NCBI GenBank assembly: GCA_038496445.1
Contig: JALMLS010000175.1
Span: forward strand, 62,001 to 126,000
Source of the DNA: Trichosphaerium sp. ATCC 40318
Taxonomy: Eukaryota > Protista > Tubulinea
DNA length: 64,000 nt
Direction of reading: 5' to 3'
How positions within the stretch are numbered: the first letter of the stretch is position 1; each line of letters begins with the position of its first letter. Positions 26,135 to 39,400 of this stretch are shown piece after piece. The notes below the pieces were generated by a model. That model did no database searches. It was not told the DNA's origin and worked only from the letters and a program-made list of their open reading frames with translations. Position numbers and translations under genes: made by a program.

Positions 26135-26303
26135 TCCTTTACCGCTGTAATTTGCTCTGCTTGTAACCGCAACAATTTAATTTATTTTTACAACGGCTAG
26201 TATTTTTTTAGAAGGCGCCAAATCATTTAAACTATCAACTCGCTGACTCAGCTAAAGTGGTCAGGAGGCGGCTGCACTTTCCTCCTCAGGGTTACTAGTG
26301 CGT

Positions 26304-27049
26304 TTAGGGCAAAATAGTAATATGGCGCGTACTGGTTGGAGAACTCCTGTTCCACTTGCTCGTCTTGGCTCGCTTTAGGAGTGCCAGCGGTCTGCGTTTT
26401 AAGGGATCACTTTTCGCTCGTTTAACCAGTGTGGGTGACTTCGGCGCATTACTGGTAAGGTCGCTCATTGTAACGTTCCTGTCGTATCTCTTGTGCGCTT
26501 TAACGAATTTAGCCAGGTACGTAGTTAGCCGTGGGTTGTTTTTGAAGTGGCCTGGGTATTCTCTCATCCACGTGCAAATAAATGCGTTTATACAACGTCT
26601 GTGCTTCCTACTTGGCGTAAATACTGTGTTGTGTTCAAGGTTGCTGTACACGCTCGTGCTCATGTCCAGGTAGTAGTCCACAAGCAGGTCAACTTTGTCT
26701 TTGGGCAGCAGTCTTGTGCTAACCATCAGCTCGCGCAATCGGTCTTCAATTACATCTACAATTTTCGGTCAGTGTAGAATGCTTTGATTCAATGTCACCA
26801 GTGTCAGTTGTGAATGCAAGCATAACTGCGCTCCACCAAGCCACCTTCGTTTGTGCGTAGTCGGCTATTTTCTATGTTTTTGTTTGAAGGGAAATACTTG
26901 GTGGATGCATTGCGTGCCTCGAAACTATGCTTTGGGCTTGGGAAAGGCTGAACTGGTACGCGCTCATCTCTAGCTTCTTTTAACAGCTTGTCAGTGTTGT
27001 CCAATAAAAATATCAGCGTTGCACTCATTCCAGAGCATCGCTCCTCCAT
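26304..27049 (-). CDS. Hypothetical protein with a RasGEF N-terminal (REM)-like segment, 1 intron
   Basis: An intron GTGGCT..TGTAG joins the two ORFs. RRCINAFICTWMREYPGHFKNNPRL resembles the REM motif. Confidence 0.55.
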
Positions 27050-27147
27050 TTTGTCTTACTCTACAAAAACCAAACTGAGTGTGGCAGTTCAGTTTTCTCC
27101 GTTGGATTCCGACTTAATTGCGCGGAACACTTTATTTCCTTTAAAAC

Positions 27148-28132
27148 ATGGCTGCTGAAGATGAAACGCTTGATATTGCGCGCGTACGGTTTATTTGTTT
27201 GTGTAGTCGTATACACATTAAGATTGGCTCTCTGATTTGTTAAAATAGGATCTTACGGAGGGAGGATCAACGCCTACTTCAATGATGCTACCTGTAGATG
27301 TTTTAAAGTATCTTATCCTTTTTCCATCTACAGATGATAAAGAATACTGGCAGACATTTATAGGCAACGTAGGCTACACAGTAGGTAAGAAAATAAACAA
27401 ATAAACCCACGTGATTTTTTTTTCTTTTTGTTTTGGTTGTCGTCATTTGTACTGTCTTTTAGGGTTAAGAATAATGGAAAGACATGCTTTTCAAGTGTCA
27501 CAATCAACAAAATGTGCTGAAGAAGTGGATAAAATAAAAATACTAGTAACGGAATTTTGGAAAAGGTAAACAACACGAAAGTTCGACACACCATCCAAAA
27601 AAAACCGTTGAAAAATTTACGTTCTCTTTTTTTTGTTTGGCATTTGTCAATGTTGTACTGAATGGTAAATAGGCTATTTGGTAAGATTGTAGGTCGCTTG
27701 AAAAGAAGGGAAGAAGGAAGAGAGGTAAATCTGGCACAGCGTTTTACAGACAAAACAAACATCTACTGACAAACATGTATTTAGAGACTGTACACTATTT
27801 ATCTTTATGACTTCGACTTTTTCAAAAATCTATTCAAGGATCCTCCAAACCAAGATTCAGCTAGGAGAAAAGCACGTTATATACTACACTGTTCCCTAAA
27901 TTGGCTTATTGACTTGTATTAGCGTGCTAATGATTGGGATGGAACTGTTGAAACAATGTATATTTGTGGACTTGTTCGTGGTGCTCTTGCAAGCTTATCA
28001 GTGCATTCAAGGGTCAATATTACTTTTGAAGGACGATCTGGTTCTATTATGTGTAAAATACATATCGCTGTACCAGTTCAACGTGGTTTATTAAATTCAA
28101 GAGATAGTGAGAGAGTTTTAATAAAACAGTGA
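27148..28132 (+). CDS. TRAPPC6: TRAPP complex subunit Trs33/TRAPPC6 (Bet3 family)
   Basis: Spliced product has VGYTVGLRIMER, IKILVTEFWKRLFGKIVGRL and YICGLVRGALASL. It is not captured by the ORF track. Confidence 0.8.
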
Positions 28133-28429
28133 AATAAAAAAGTTGTAATATTCACCTCAATTATTTGTACTGTGCTCGGTTTGTAGAGCAGCCAATAATG
28201 ATCAATGACGGATAAGTTCGCCCTCCATTACATGTGACAAAAGTAGACTAGTTTAGCGATTGTGCATTGCGCACTGCGCGATGATCTACAGTGGAGATGT
28301 TCGTGACAACCGAATAGTCTTCTTTTTCTAAGTAGGCGGCATTGTCACATAGTTTTATCATTTAAAGAGGTCGGTGAAAACGAGGTTTATTTTACATGAA
28401 TGATATTACATACGCAGGCGGTAATGTAA

Positions 28430-29111
28430 TCAATGTGCGGCAATCTTACCAGACTTAATATTTTTGACTGTATTTTTGTGTACTTCGTTTCCAGTGTTGA
28501 GGTGATACTCTAGACCAGTGAACAAGTCTTGTATGATCTTCTGGAAAGTGGATTTCATCATCATCTTATCCATAGCTTTGCCTAAAACCCCGTACTTTGG
28601 TTTATATTCCATAGACATGTATAACTCGGAAGTTTTTTTGCCTGTCCTAAAAATCACGTGAGCAATTAGAGGTGTAGAAGAAAAAGAAAAAAAAAGGAAC
28701 AGTCTTGTTTGCTTACGCTCTCACGCCAATTCTAGCTTGCATTCTATTCAATGGCATAGATCCCTCTACAACGTCTATGATATAGTAGTGTTGTTCTTCA
28801 TTCCAGTCGACAACTTGTTCTACAATCTTATTGCCGTCGTAGAATTCACAAGAGCGCTTTGCACCAATACCTTTTTGATGTGTTAATACCTTCAAATGAA
28901 ACGAATGAATCACAGTAGTTTTGTTACCTTCTTGCGCGTCGCTAAGTGACAACGACTCACGAATGACAGGATGAAACACATAAATGTTAGGGAAATCTTT
29001 AAGAGCTTTCCATACTCTTTTTACCGAAGCGTTAACTTGTTTTGTCCTGAAGAGTTCGTTAAGAAACTTCATCAACAGGATGCTGACTACTTACTCGCTG
29101 ATTTTACCCAT
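28430..29111 (-). CDS. SRPBCC / polyketide cyclase-like (START fold) protein
   Basis: VNASVKRVWKALKDFPNIYVFHPVI, GIGAKRSCEFYDG, MEYKPKYGVLGKAMDKMMM, GLEYHLNTG; 3 introns. Confidence 0.85.
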
Positions 29112-29357
29112 GTTGTCGCTATTACTATATGCTTAATGTAATGCTGAAATAGAGAGGTGTTGTCTCTAGTGAATGGTATAGTGTTATTTGGTTTTTGACT
29201 TTTTTCCCTCGGAAATGCCGAAAACCAAGAAAAGCAAATTAAGTTTCCTGTTCCAAGGAACTATTTTTCCGCTTGCTTTGTTTTATCCTCTGGAGTGCTA
29301 CCATATCGTTATGTTATACTGGCACAATTTCTACATATCCGAGGAAAAATATGGAAA

Positions 29358-29411
29358 GCGTGAGCACATCCGGTTAGCAGCCGAACCCCTTAACCACTCG
29401 GGCAACATGTC
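29358..29411 (-). pseudogene. Truncated inverted tRNA-Ser(GCT) copy (no T arm or 3' acceptor strand), with ~37 nt of 5' flank to ~29448
   Basis: The reverse complement matches the tRNA at 29621 up to the variable arm (GTGCTCACGC, 3-nt deletion), then diverges. Confidence 0.9.
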
Positions 29412-29620
29412 ATTACTGGTTGTTGAGACCAAAATCGTGGTTACACAAACCGATCAAAGCGTAATTTGGTTTCATAATTTTTGATTGCTTTATTAATTAC
29501 ACATGATCCAGTTAACTGTTGTTTCCTTATTAATGATTAAAGTGTAGACAATAAAAGAGATAGAGGAAACTATGACGATCCAGTTGTGTAAGCACGATTT
29601 TGATCTCAACAACCAGTAAT

Positions 29621-29702
29621 GACATGTTGCCCGAGTGGTTAAGGGGTTCGGCTGCTAACCGGATGTGCTAGTCACGCGCGAGTTCAAATCTCGCATATGT
29701 CG
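29621..29702 (+). tRNA. tRNA-Ser(GCT)
   Basis: Acceptor GACATGT/ATATGTC, D loop GAGTGGTTAAG, anticodon arm TCGG-CTGCTAA-CCGG, long variable arm, T arm GCGAG-TTCAAAT-CTCGC, discriminator G, followed by T-runs (Pol III terminator). Confidence 0.96.
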
Positions 29703-29926
29703 ATATCTTTTGCTTTTTGTGCCAGCGCCACACCTTTTTGTATTTACTGTGGAACTTTTAACTTTCAAAAGCCAACTAATATTCAGAACACTGAAGATTT
29801 ATTTACAATCGCTAACAGCCTAAATATTACTCTCGCTAGAAGAACAACATAGAAGCACTACAATAGAGTGCCTTTCATATTTATAAGTAATGGCGCCAGT
29901 TACAGACGTGCTACATTCTGATAGCT

Positions 29927-30834
29927 TTATAGTAAAGCACAGCGGCGCCTTTTATGGCCATATACGTCCTCGATTGTACGCTCACGAAACTAAGGATAAT
30001 TTAACAAAAAACACTTTAGATTTTGGATTTGCTGTTACACACCTGCAAGATAAGCCTGCCAACTTGGTTAAACACTGCTTCAACATTTTTTTTCGTCTTG
30101 GCGGAAGTTTCAAAAAAAACAGCGCCTAGAAATTCATTAGCTTTAGTCTTCTCGCAAAATTTTACGCGTACCCAACTCTTTAGCGTAGTCTGTACCGACT
30201 TCTGTTGATACCTCTCTGTGTTGCTCCAAATCGCTCTTATTGGCTACTAGTACGATAGGCATTGGGTCAGATGCGTCAGCATCGCACACGCGCAATAGAG
30301 AACGCTGAATATTACGGAGATCCGTAAACGAAGTTTCAGAGGTTATCGAGTACACAAATATGAAACCTTCGCCTAGTGTCATATATTGGTCACGTAGAGC
30401 GCTGTATTCGTCTTGTCCTAATTGTTTGGTAAATAGTTGGCTTTACAAGTAATAAAAATCCGCACCAGCTGTATCTAGGATATCGTAGAGTATTGGTTTA
30501 CCGTCTAGAACTGCGCGTTTTCTTGTGGAGCGTTAATGCTAAAACTTTCTTTGGAGGTAACGCTTACCTATAAGAATCCTCAATAGTAGGGTCGTAGTCT
30601 GTAATGAAGGTGTTTTGGATAAACTACATGCGTGTTATTAAAATAATTACTGTAGGGTTTGTTTAGGCGTTAGCTGCGGTAATAACGTAGAATAAAATAC
30701 AATCAACTACAAATAGAATGCATACGACAACATTCGTAATGCTACTAAAGCAATGCTATTTAACGTACTTGTATTGTAATTGCGCTTTTTCCAACACCAC
30801 CAGAGCCTAGAATAACAATCTTTAATTCTGTCAT
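29927..30834 (-). CDS. Ras-family small GTPase with CaaX (CALL)
   Basis: KIVILGSGGVGKSAITIQ, YDPTIEDSYR, ILDTAGQDEY, NKSD, ETSAK; ends KRRRCALL*. Confidence 0.96.
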
Positions 30835-31093
30835 TATTGGAATATATGTGTTATGCTAAATCGATTAAACAAGCTTGTTACCGCCTGATTGTATTCCGAA
30901 TTTGCAAAGTCAATGCACTTCTGTTTATCTCCCAAAAAAGCCACAAAAAGACTTCGTCAAAGGGTTGTTGGGATCAAGCAAGTACAAATGCCATTCTAAA
31001 ACGAGCGTGTACGCCATCTAAATTTGTACTTCAATGAATGTTTGTTTTTTCTTTTCAACCTTTATTGGCGGCAATGTAATTTTCCTTTATTTA

Positions 31094-33201
31094 TTATTTT
31101 GTCTTATAAACAAAACCTCTTGTAAACTGTTTTTTCACCAACAGAAACTGCAAACTCCACATTGTAATGACGCTTCCAATCATCGTTTTGTTCAACTTTG
31201 ATGACACCAGAAATTACCTTGTCAGTCTTTAGTGACATTGGCTCGTCAAGCAAGAAGACGTCATGCTTCCAATGGGTCAACCTATGATTGATTTAACTAC
31301 ACAAAGGCAGGAAAACCACTACAACTTACTTTGAATGTGGTGATGTCGTTAAAGTTACAGCTTCTCCTTCTTCTGGTTTTGGAACCCAACATCAAACCAT
31401 GTCACAAATCCATGGAAGCAATCTTTGTATGTGATTAATCTCTCGTTTCACAACAATTTTAGTGTACCCGCGTCCTCCACGGTGAAAGAAAAATTACAAG
31501 TCCATTTCTACATTTGTTTTTAGAGCACTTTTTTTTACTCCTAATTTGAGGTACCTCAATATCTGCGGTAGTGACTGTTGGCACATAGAATTCCTTAAAT
31601 ACACCTGGTTCACATAGCATTTGATCTGGCGAAACTTCTTCACCTTTAAGACACCTTTCGGTAACTACAATTTCGTCAGTCTAAAAATAAAAAAAACTAT
31701 CAATGTTTTGGACGTGCATTCTTGCTTTGCTAAAGACCTACGTAAAAAATGAGAACAATACACAATAAATCAAATGCAGTTAATGACAAAATCGTAGAAG
31801 ATACGTACTGTAAAGGAGATACATCAACACCAACAACTTTTGAAAATATTTTTGTTCTTTCATCATAATATTTCGAATAATCAACTGGAGCCAAGTACAT
31901 TCTAGCTGTCGAAGGTAGAAGAATACCATCCTAAAGGAAACGGTATTACTTTAGCCACTACAATCTTTGTAAAGTACCTCTTTCAAGTACTTGTCTCTAG
32001 CAAACAGTACAGAATGCAACATTGCTTCCTAGAATCAACTTTTTTAGTAAAAAAATCACTGAAAGGTGCAACAAAGTACGTAAAGCAGGAAGCATCCCAT
32101 CCACTCAGATACGATGACATCAACCTAAAAGAAGTGTTACAATAGTAGTGATGATATAAAATGTAATTACCTTTTCCACAGGCAATGTTGAAACCTCTAC
32201 AGGACCACGGATAATCTCAACAATTTCGCTAAGTTTGTTCTTCTTTACAATAATCTGAAAGAATTCGCGAGTTATTTACATGGCGTTTTAGGCTTGTTTA
32301 CCTCTGCCATATCGGCCATTTTACTTGCTTCAGCTGCATAAACTGTAACATGAAATTAATGAGTGAGAAAACGTGGTTTTGGCTCAAGAATTTACCTTTT
32401 TTGGCACCCGCTTGCGCACAAAGACATGATAAAATACTGGTTCCACAACCAACGTCAAGTACCACCTTATCCTTGACTAAACCGTCAATAGCTTCTTTAT
32501 ACTTCTCACAACGCATAGAATCACTCAACATGTGCCAATGAATATCCTAAAGGAAAAAAAAATACCAAATAAACAACCAGCTTCGCAGTAAAACAAAAAA
32601 CCTCTGCAATGACACGCACCATACAAGCATACTCCGAGAAATATTTCTCATTTTCCCAGACCTTGTTTGTCATGTACTTTTTATCACGTGGAGAATGAGA
32701 GGTGGATACGGATGTAGATGACTCTAAAGTAATCTATAAGTAAATATTGATCATTTTACGCTAATCTCGCACCGTTTTGCTTCGGTGGTGTTGATTCACA
32801 TCGAAAGACGACTTCAGCATTATGTAGACCTAGTTGAGTTCAATAAACAGTACTTGCATACTGTCTACGGCGTTCAACGCAGAAAAACAGCACGTGGTGC
32901 GCTAACTATCTTTTTACGCCTTATTTTCAGTGCGAATAGTATTATACCGAGTGCATATGACACAAGAGTGGATGGAGTTAAGATAAACTCGCGATCGTCC
33001 GTATAAAAAATGAAATTGATTCTACTGTTCTGGGGAAGCTCTAGACCATCTATTACAGCGTCCACCAACTCTATCCTGGCATGAGAAGCAATTTTCTAAA
33101 AAAATCTCATCCAAACCTTTAGCAGACGTCTGTTTGTTCACTATCATCGATATTTTCTCTTCATCTGACTCACCAGCGTATATTGTAACAATTTTATTCA
33201 T
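31094..33201 (-). CDS. Protein arginine N-methyltransferase with an N-terminal extension
   Basis: [43 protein letters not shown] 1-nt frameshift near 31380 is probably an assembly error. Upstream exons reach an ATG at 33201. Confidence 0.9.
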
Positions 33202-33294
33202 TTTTTTTTTGTGAGGCTTTCACAAAAAGGAGATTGCTTAAAAAAGCTTATTGTATGGTACATTCACTTAAGTTACAAATTCTTTAAGTCAGGT

Positions 33295-36286
33295 TTAGGT
33301 CCTTACTTCAATATCTGTGCTACTATCTGTTGTGTCATCATCATCATCGCTAGGAACACTCTTATTTTCTTCTTCTTCAGAAGTTATAGATGTTTTTGTT
33401 GTCAAGTCCAGGAGGTTCTCGCGGCTTTCTCTCCTTTTTTTCAGTATACTTTTAGGTTTTTTCTTTTTAGCAGATGAAGAGCTGCTGCTTGAACTGGAGC
33501 TTGATTTAGAGCTTGAACTTGATGAACTAGAACTACTTGAGCTATTATCTTCTCCTTTCTCAACACTGCGTTTCAAAGCCTTATTCTCCTTCTTCAACTT
33601 CCTTATTCTTTTCTGTAAAGTTTTTAAATTGTCATCTGCTTTAAATTCGCTTGAAGCAACGAGCATAGGAGAGATAATACTCTTTGATTTTCTTTGCTAA
33701 ATACAAGATAAATAAATCATATATACGCGCGTGTATTCGTAATTAAAGTAGAAGCTAACGTACTGCGCTGCCTTTAGAAACATGTGTTTTTGATTTCATC
33801 ATTGTCTTTTTCGTAACAATATCAAAGTAGTCAATATCTGTTATTGAGTCATTAATCTGTATAGATATGTCATCGTCGGTTGCATCTTGAACAATAGGTT
33901 GTGAAGGTGACTCAGCAATACCCAACCTGCGGGCGTTCTTCATCAAGCGATTATAATTAACACCAGAGTCAGCAACTTTTTGTATATCACCCTAAGTAAA
34001 AAGTAAGAAAAAATTGTAATGTGCGCACAAAAAGTTGAAAACAAAGCATACCTTCACGACTGTATCAGTTTTATTTTGTTGTTGCTGTATTTGATATTTT
34101 TTAATCCTTTGGATAGATTGAACCAGGCCTTGTTCATTTTTCCACATTTCGCGGACAAGGATCTTAGAAATCCATTTATCAACATCACTATTGAAAGAAT
34201 TAATTTTATTTTACGTCCAAACTAAATCTTAAGATACAACGTACCCCCACATATGACGCCAACCCCATGTACCAAAAGACCCTCCACTTACGTCACGAAT
34301 ACCTCTTGTCACATCATCAAATGGACGTGTAAGTACGCGGACAGCAATGTTAGACTAAAAAAACCATTAATATGAATAACTTTGGAAATAAATAATTCTG
34401 TACCTTGATTTTTTCTTCTCCGAGCTTAATGTGCAAAAGCTTAATAAGTGGTGCAATAGTACCGCCTTGAATGAATACAGTAAATAGAATAACTGTTATC
34501 GTCGTAGTAATAAATATTCCTTTAGATTCAAGATCATCTGAAAGTGAAAAAGCCAATGCGAACGCAATAGCACCTATCCATTTTTAGCAAACAAAAATTG
34601 AAGAAAAAAATCCAACAAAAAATCTGGTATCAAGAATACTATGAATAAAATTGCATGCCTCTAAGACCACCATAGCCAAGTATAAATTGATCTTTCAAAG
34701 TAATTTTATGAATTCTGGTTGGGTTTGCAATAGCTGTAAGTAAGAATACAATCATAAACCGGACAGGTATGAGCATGAGCAAATTAACAGCAACGAAAAC
34801 CCAATCCCAGATATTATCAAATCTAGCATTCAAATCCTTGACATAAACTGTTTGTCTGCCTAAACGTACACGTCAACAAAAAACCAAGCGACCAAGACGG
34901 CACTGTCTCAACGTACCAAGCTCAAAAAAGATGAGAGTATCAGCAACTGACGCAACAATTTTGAGTACATATTTAGTTACGATGTGACTCTTATCTAAAT
35001 AGTAAGGTAAGTAGGAAATCAAAAAAAAAAGTACTTACGATGTATGTTTGCTTCTGCATAATGGCTCATTACCATACCAGCAAAAAGGATAGCAACGATG
35101 CCAGAGACTCTGATAATTTCTGCAGATACAAACGCAAGCCATCCCATAAGAACTATATGGTATAAGGGCGAAAGACAACAAAAAAGAATCTCTTAAACTT
35201 TTCTAAAATAAATACGTACTGACTATGAGTGCTTCAAATAAATGCAAATGATGAGTATACTTAGTTGCAAACGAAGCAGCACCGCCAGCTATTAGACCAA
35301 TAGCTAAACCAGCGCCAGCTACCCAAAAGAACTTCGCAATTGCTAAACCTACCAACTCACCAGGCGATTTTGTAATCTAGTCATAGAAATAAGCACAAGT
35401 CTAACGTCGGATTTAGCCTTATTACTGACCTCTGCAACAGCTGAAGCAGTTGCTAGTGAAGCGAATACATCATACAACACAATAGCAATGGCGTCGTTGA
35501 GTACTGATTCTCCAAACACGAGAATATTCAATTGTTCGTTGACGTGAACCTATGGAACATTAGCACATGACAGCGTCAAGCGAATTTCTATGTTAACCTC
35601 GTCGAAGATTGCAAGCACAGCTACGGGATCAACGGCACTGGCTAATGACGCAAACGTCAACAACTCTAAGAAGGGTATCTTTATGGTAAACCAAGGGCTA
35701 AATCCCCATAAAAAGAGTGCTAGAAGAAAAGGAGAAGTTAGATTATTTTATTTTCATTTTAAACGTGAGTTGTCGTGATGTGCGGATAAACTTGACGTAC
35801 TGACTATTGCTGTGTTTAGCATAGTTCCTATAAGAGCGTAGAGGAGAATGGTCCCAATATTATTAAAAAATGCCACCTTGTCCAAGGAATACCCGGACTA
35901 TAATTGTTTTAGCGTTTTATAGCGATTGGTTGCTGTTACCTCAAGTATGATTGGTGGCAGCAATATTAGCTTCACAACGCGTTAGTTGGTAGTTTTCAGG
36001 AGAATACGCGTACAAAGAAGATCTCTGGAGAGAATGCCACTTCACTTGAACCAACTCCAGCCCAAATTAGCAGTCCAGCAGCTACAAGGCCGAATACAAT
36101 GATTGTAGCGGATTCGGGCAGCGCTTTAAACTCGATGATTTTAAGGACAGTCACAAGTGCTACAGCTAGCAACACGACTATAATACCAACGAGTACGACG
36201 ACATTAAACTCTGTTATATGAGCGCTGAATACGGCAAATGTGCCCTCTGCCTCCCCAGCCGCCTCGGATAGTAAGACATGCCACAT
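33295..36286 (-). CDS. Na+/H+ exchanger (CPA1/SLC9A family) with a Ser-rich acidic tail
   Basis: [65 protein letters not shown]. Confidence 0.96.
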
Positions 36287-36479
36287 GTTGTAGCAGCCGT
36301 TACGCTTTTGTAGTTTACTTAATTAGACTTCACTGACCACCAAACGCTTGACAATTACGCGCAACAATCAATTCCGTACAAAGGTATTACCTACAGCCTA
36401 TGTACTAAGAAATATCGCATAACTGCGTAAAAAGTCACACTGAGTCACATTTAACGTTTGTTGAGGCTGCTCTTTGTCA

Positions 36480-39400
36480 ATGAAGGGCACAGCGGATTTG
36501 GTAGGTGAGGCTCTTGCCAAAGAGCTTCATGACCCTAAAAAAATAAGCAAACCTATAAAAGATTTAAAGGTACCGTTGAAGAAGTAATTTTGAAGTGTTT
36601 ACAGTTAACTAGGAGAAATGGAAGCTTCTACCCGCCTTTTTGAAAGTTAAAGGCCTTGTAAAGCAACACATCGATTCATACAACTACCTAATCAACTATG
36701 AGTTGAAAAAAATTGTAGAGGCTAACAACCTTGTCACTTGCCCAGCTGACCCTAATTTCTTCCTTCGGTACGCATTAAAACCATCCGAGAGCGGTTATCG
36801 CAACGCCATAACGTCAAAAACTTCACCATCTAACCAACTTGCTTTAGGTACAATAACATATGGGTTGGTGCGCCTAATATAAAGGAGAGACACATGCAAG
36901 CTGATGCAATAACACCACACCAATGCAGGCTAAGAGATATGACTTACTCAGCTCCTATCTTTGTAAATATAACATACAGACGCGGCAAAGAGGATGTGAG
37001 TGTTTAACACGTTTCTTTTTGATTTTTACCATTTTTACAAAGCAAACATTTTAGTTCTTCGCTGAAAACGCTGTAACTGGTTTACATAAGCGTTTTAGTT
37101 GTAGGGCACGTGGTTTGTATTTTTTTCTGATGTATTTGTAGATACTTATGAAGAAACAAGTCCAGATTGGACGTATTCCCATCATGTTGCGTAGTTCTCA
37201 CTGCGTTTTGACTGGAAAGAGTGAAGCTGAATTAGCAAAGGCTAAAGAATGCTTTTTGGATCCTGGTGGTTATTTTATTGTCAGAGGTACGTACTGGATG
37301 ACATTTTCTTATTGAAATGTGTCAAAAAAAAGTCATTTCGTTTTGAATTTTTTCTCTTGCTTACTTTCTCCCACTAGGTGCTGAAAAGGTTATATTGATT
37401 CAAGAGCAGCTATCAAAAAATAGGATAATTATTGAGAAAGATAAGAGTGGATTACCACAAGCAGCAGTGACTAGTTCTACTCATGCTACTAAGTCTAAGA
37501 CTAATATTTTGATTAAAAAAGATAGAATGTATTTACACCACAACACAGTAAGAACGAATTATTTTGATCCTCGTGGCGATTATTTTTAATATATTTGTAG
37601 TTTAGCGATGATCTTCCAATTGTAGTCGTACTCAGAGCCATGGGTATTGAAACAGATCAAGAAATAGTTCAATTAGTAGGTTCCGAAGAGGCATATGTAT
37701 CAGCACTTGCACCATCGCTTCAAGAGTGTTCATACCGTAAAATTTACACTCAAGCGCAAGCTTTAGATTTTATTGGAAATAAACTTAGAATATACCGTCG
37801 CCATGGCCAAAAATCTAAAGCAGATGAAGCAAGAGATATCTTAGCGCAGGTACACTTTTTTCCAAAAAAAAAAAAAAGAAAGATTATTTTTGTGGTTCAT
37901 CCAGGCTACTCCTAGATAAAATTAACATGTCTTTTACAGGTCGTTCTTAATCATATACCAGTAGAAAAATATAATTTCCGAGATAAGAGTATCTATGTAT
38001 GTCTTATGCTACGTAGAATGATACGTGCTTTGACAGATAAATCAGCCTTTTCTGATAAGGACTACTACGGTAACAAAAGACTAGAACTTGCTGGACAGTT
38101 GCTTTCTTTGCTTTTTGAAGATTTATTTAAACAGTTCAACTCAAGACTACAATACAGCGTAAAGTCAACACTATCAAAAACAAATTTGGCAGAAAGATTT
38201 GATGTTGTTAAAAATATTAATACAGCTACAATTACACAAGGTATTGAACGTGCTATATCTTCTGGAAACTGGTCTTTGAAGCGTTTTCATATGGAGCGTA
38301 AAGGTATCACACAGGTTTTGAGTAGGTTCGTATATCAATGTCGCCAAGTTGTTTTTCTTCTTAGACGTTCTTTGTTCATTGAAAAAAAAAAGATTTGCGT
38401 TTTTTTCCTGTTTTTTTTCTAAAGTATTTGTTTTAGGTTGTCTTTTATTGCTGCTTTGGGTATGATGACACGTATTCAGTCACAGTTTGAAAAGACACGT
38501 AAGATTTCAGGACCAAGGTCTCTTCAACCTTCTCAGTGGGGTGTATTGTGTCCTTCAGATACACCAGAAGGTGAAGCCTGTGGTTTGGTTAAAAATTTGG
38601 CGTTACTCACTCATGTCACTATTGACGATGACCCTGAGTATTTGAAACGATTAGCATATAATCTAGGTGTCGAAGATATGTCACTTATATCAGGTACAAT
38701 AATCCCAAAAGCGAGATAAAAATCAGACAATAACCAAAGTACTTTTTTTTTTATAGGTGAAGAATTGAATTCTCCTTATTGTTTTTTGGTATTCTTTAAT
38801 GGTATCATCATTGGTGTTCATACAAGACCACAGCTATTCCTACAAAGTATCCGTAAATTACGCCGTTGCCGTAAAGTTTCAAAATACGTATCAGTACGTG
38901 GTTATTTGAAGCTGTTTTTGACTTTGTGTTGCTAAACCTCATATTAGGTTTATGTAAATTCGATGGACAAAGCAATTCATATAGCATCAGATGCTGGTCG
39001 TTTATGTAGGCCACTTATAATTGTAGAAAAAGGTGTACCTGCAGTAACACCTGAACATATTAAAGTACGCTTTTTTGACATGTGATGCTTGGCCATTTCA
39101 TTGTTTTTTTTTCATATTTCCTTTAGGAGCTTGAAGCAGGAAGGCGATCATGGGATGACTTTATATCTGATGGTCTTATAGAGTACTTGGATGTAAATGA
39201 AGAGAATAATTCTTATATTGCCATGTACGAGAGAGATATTGAGAGTGATACAACACATTTGGAGGTTCGTTAAAGTTTTGAATGGCTTACCGTTTCTTTT
39301 TGTGGTGTTGAAGCTTATCTTTGTATTTAGATTGATCCTCTTACGATTCTTGGTGCATGCGCTGGGTTAATTCCTTACCCTCACCATAATCAATCCCCAA

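Noticed and set aside
29621-29702. Could the long-variable-arm tRNA be tRNA-Sec serving the selenoprotein?
   Set aside because: The anticodon is GCT with a standard 7/5 acceptor/T-stem fold, so it is tRNA-Ser.
31370-31390. 1-nt frameshift in PRMT (GGG TTC CAA AAC..; the conserved VTLTTSP..THW is in another frame). Programmed frameshift or RNA editing?
   Set aside because: It sits in short homopolymers with no canonical slippery heptamer; most likely an assembly indel. Check the raw reads.
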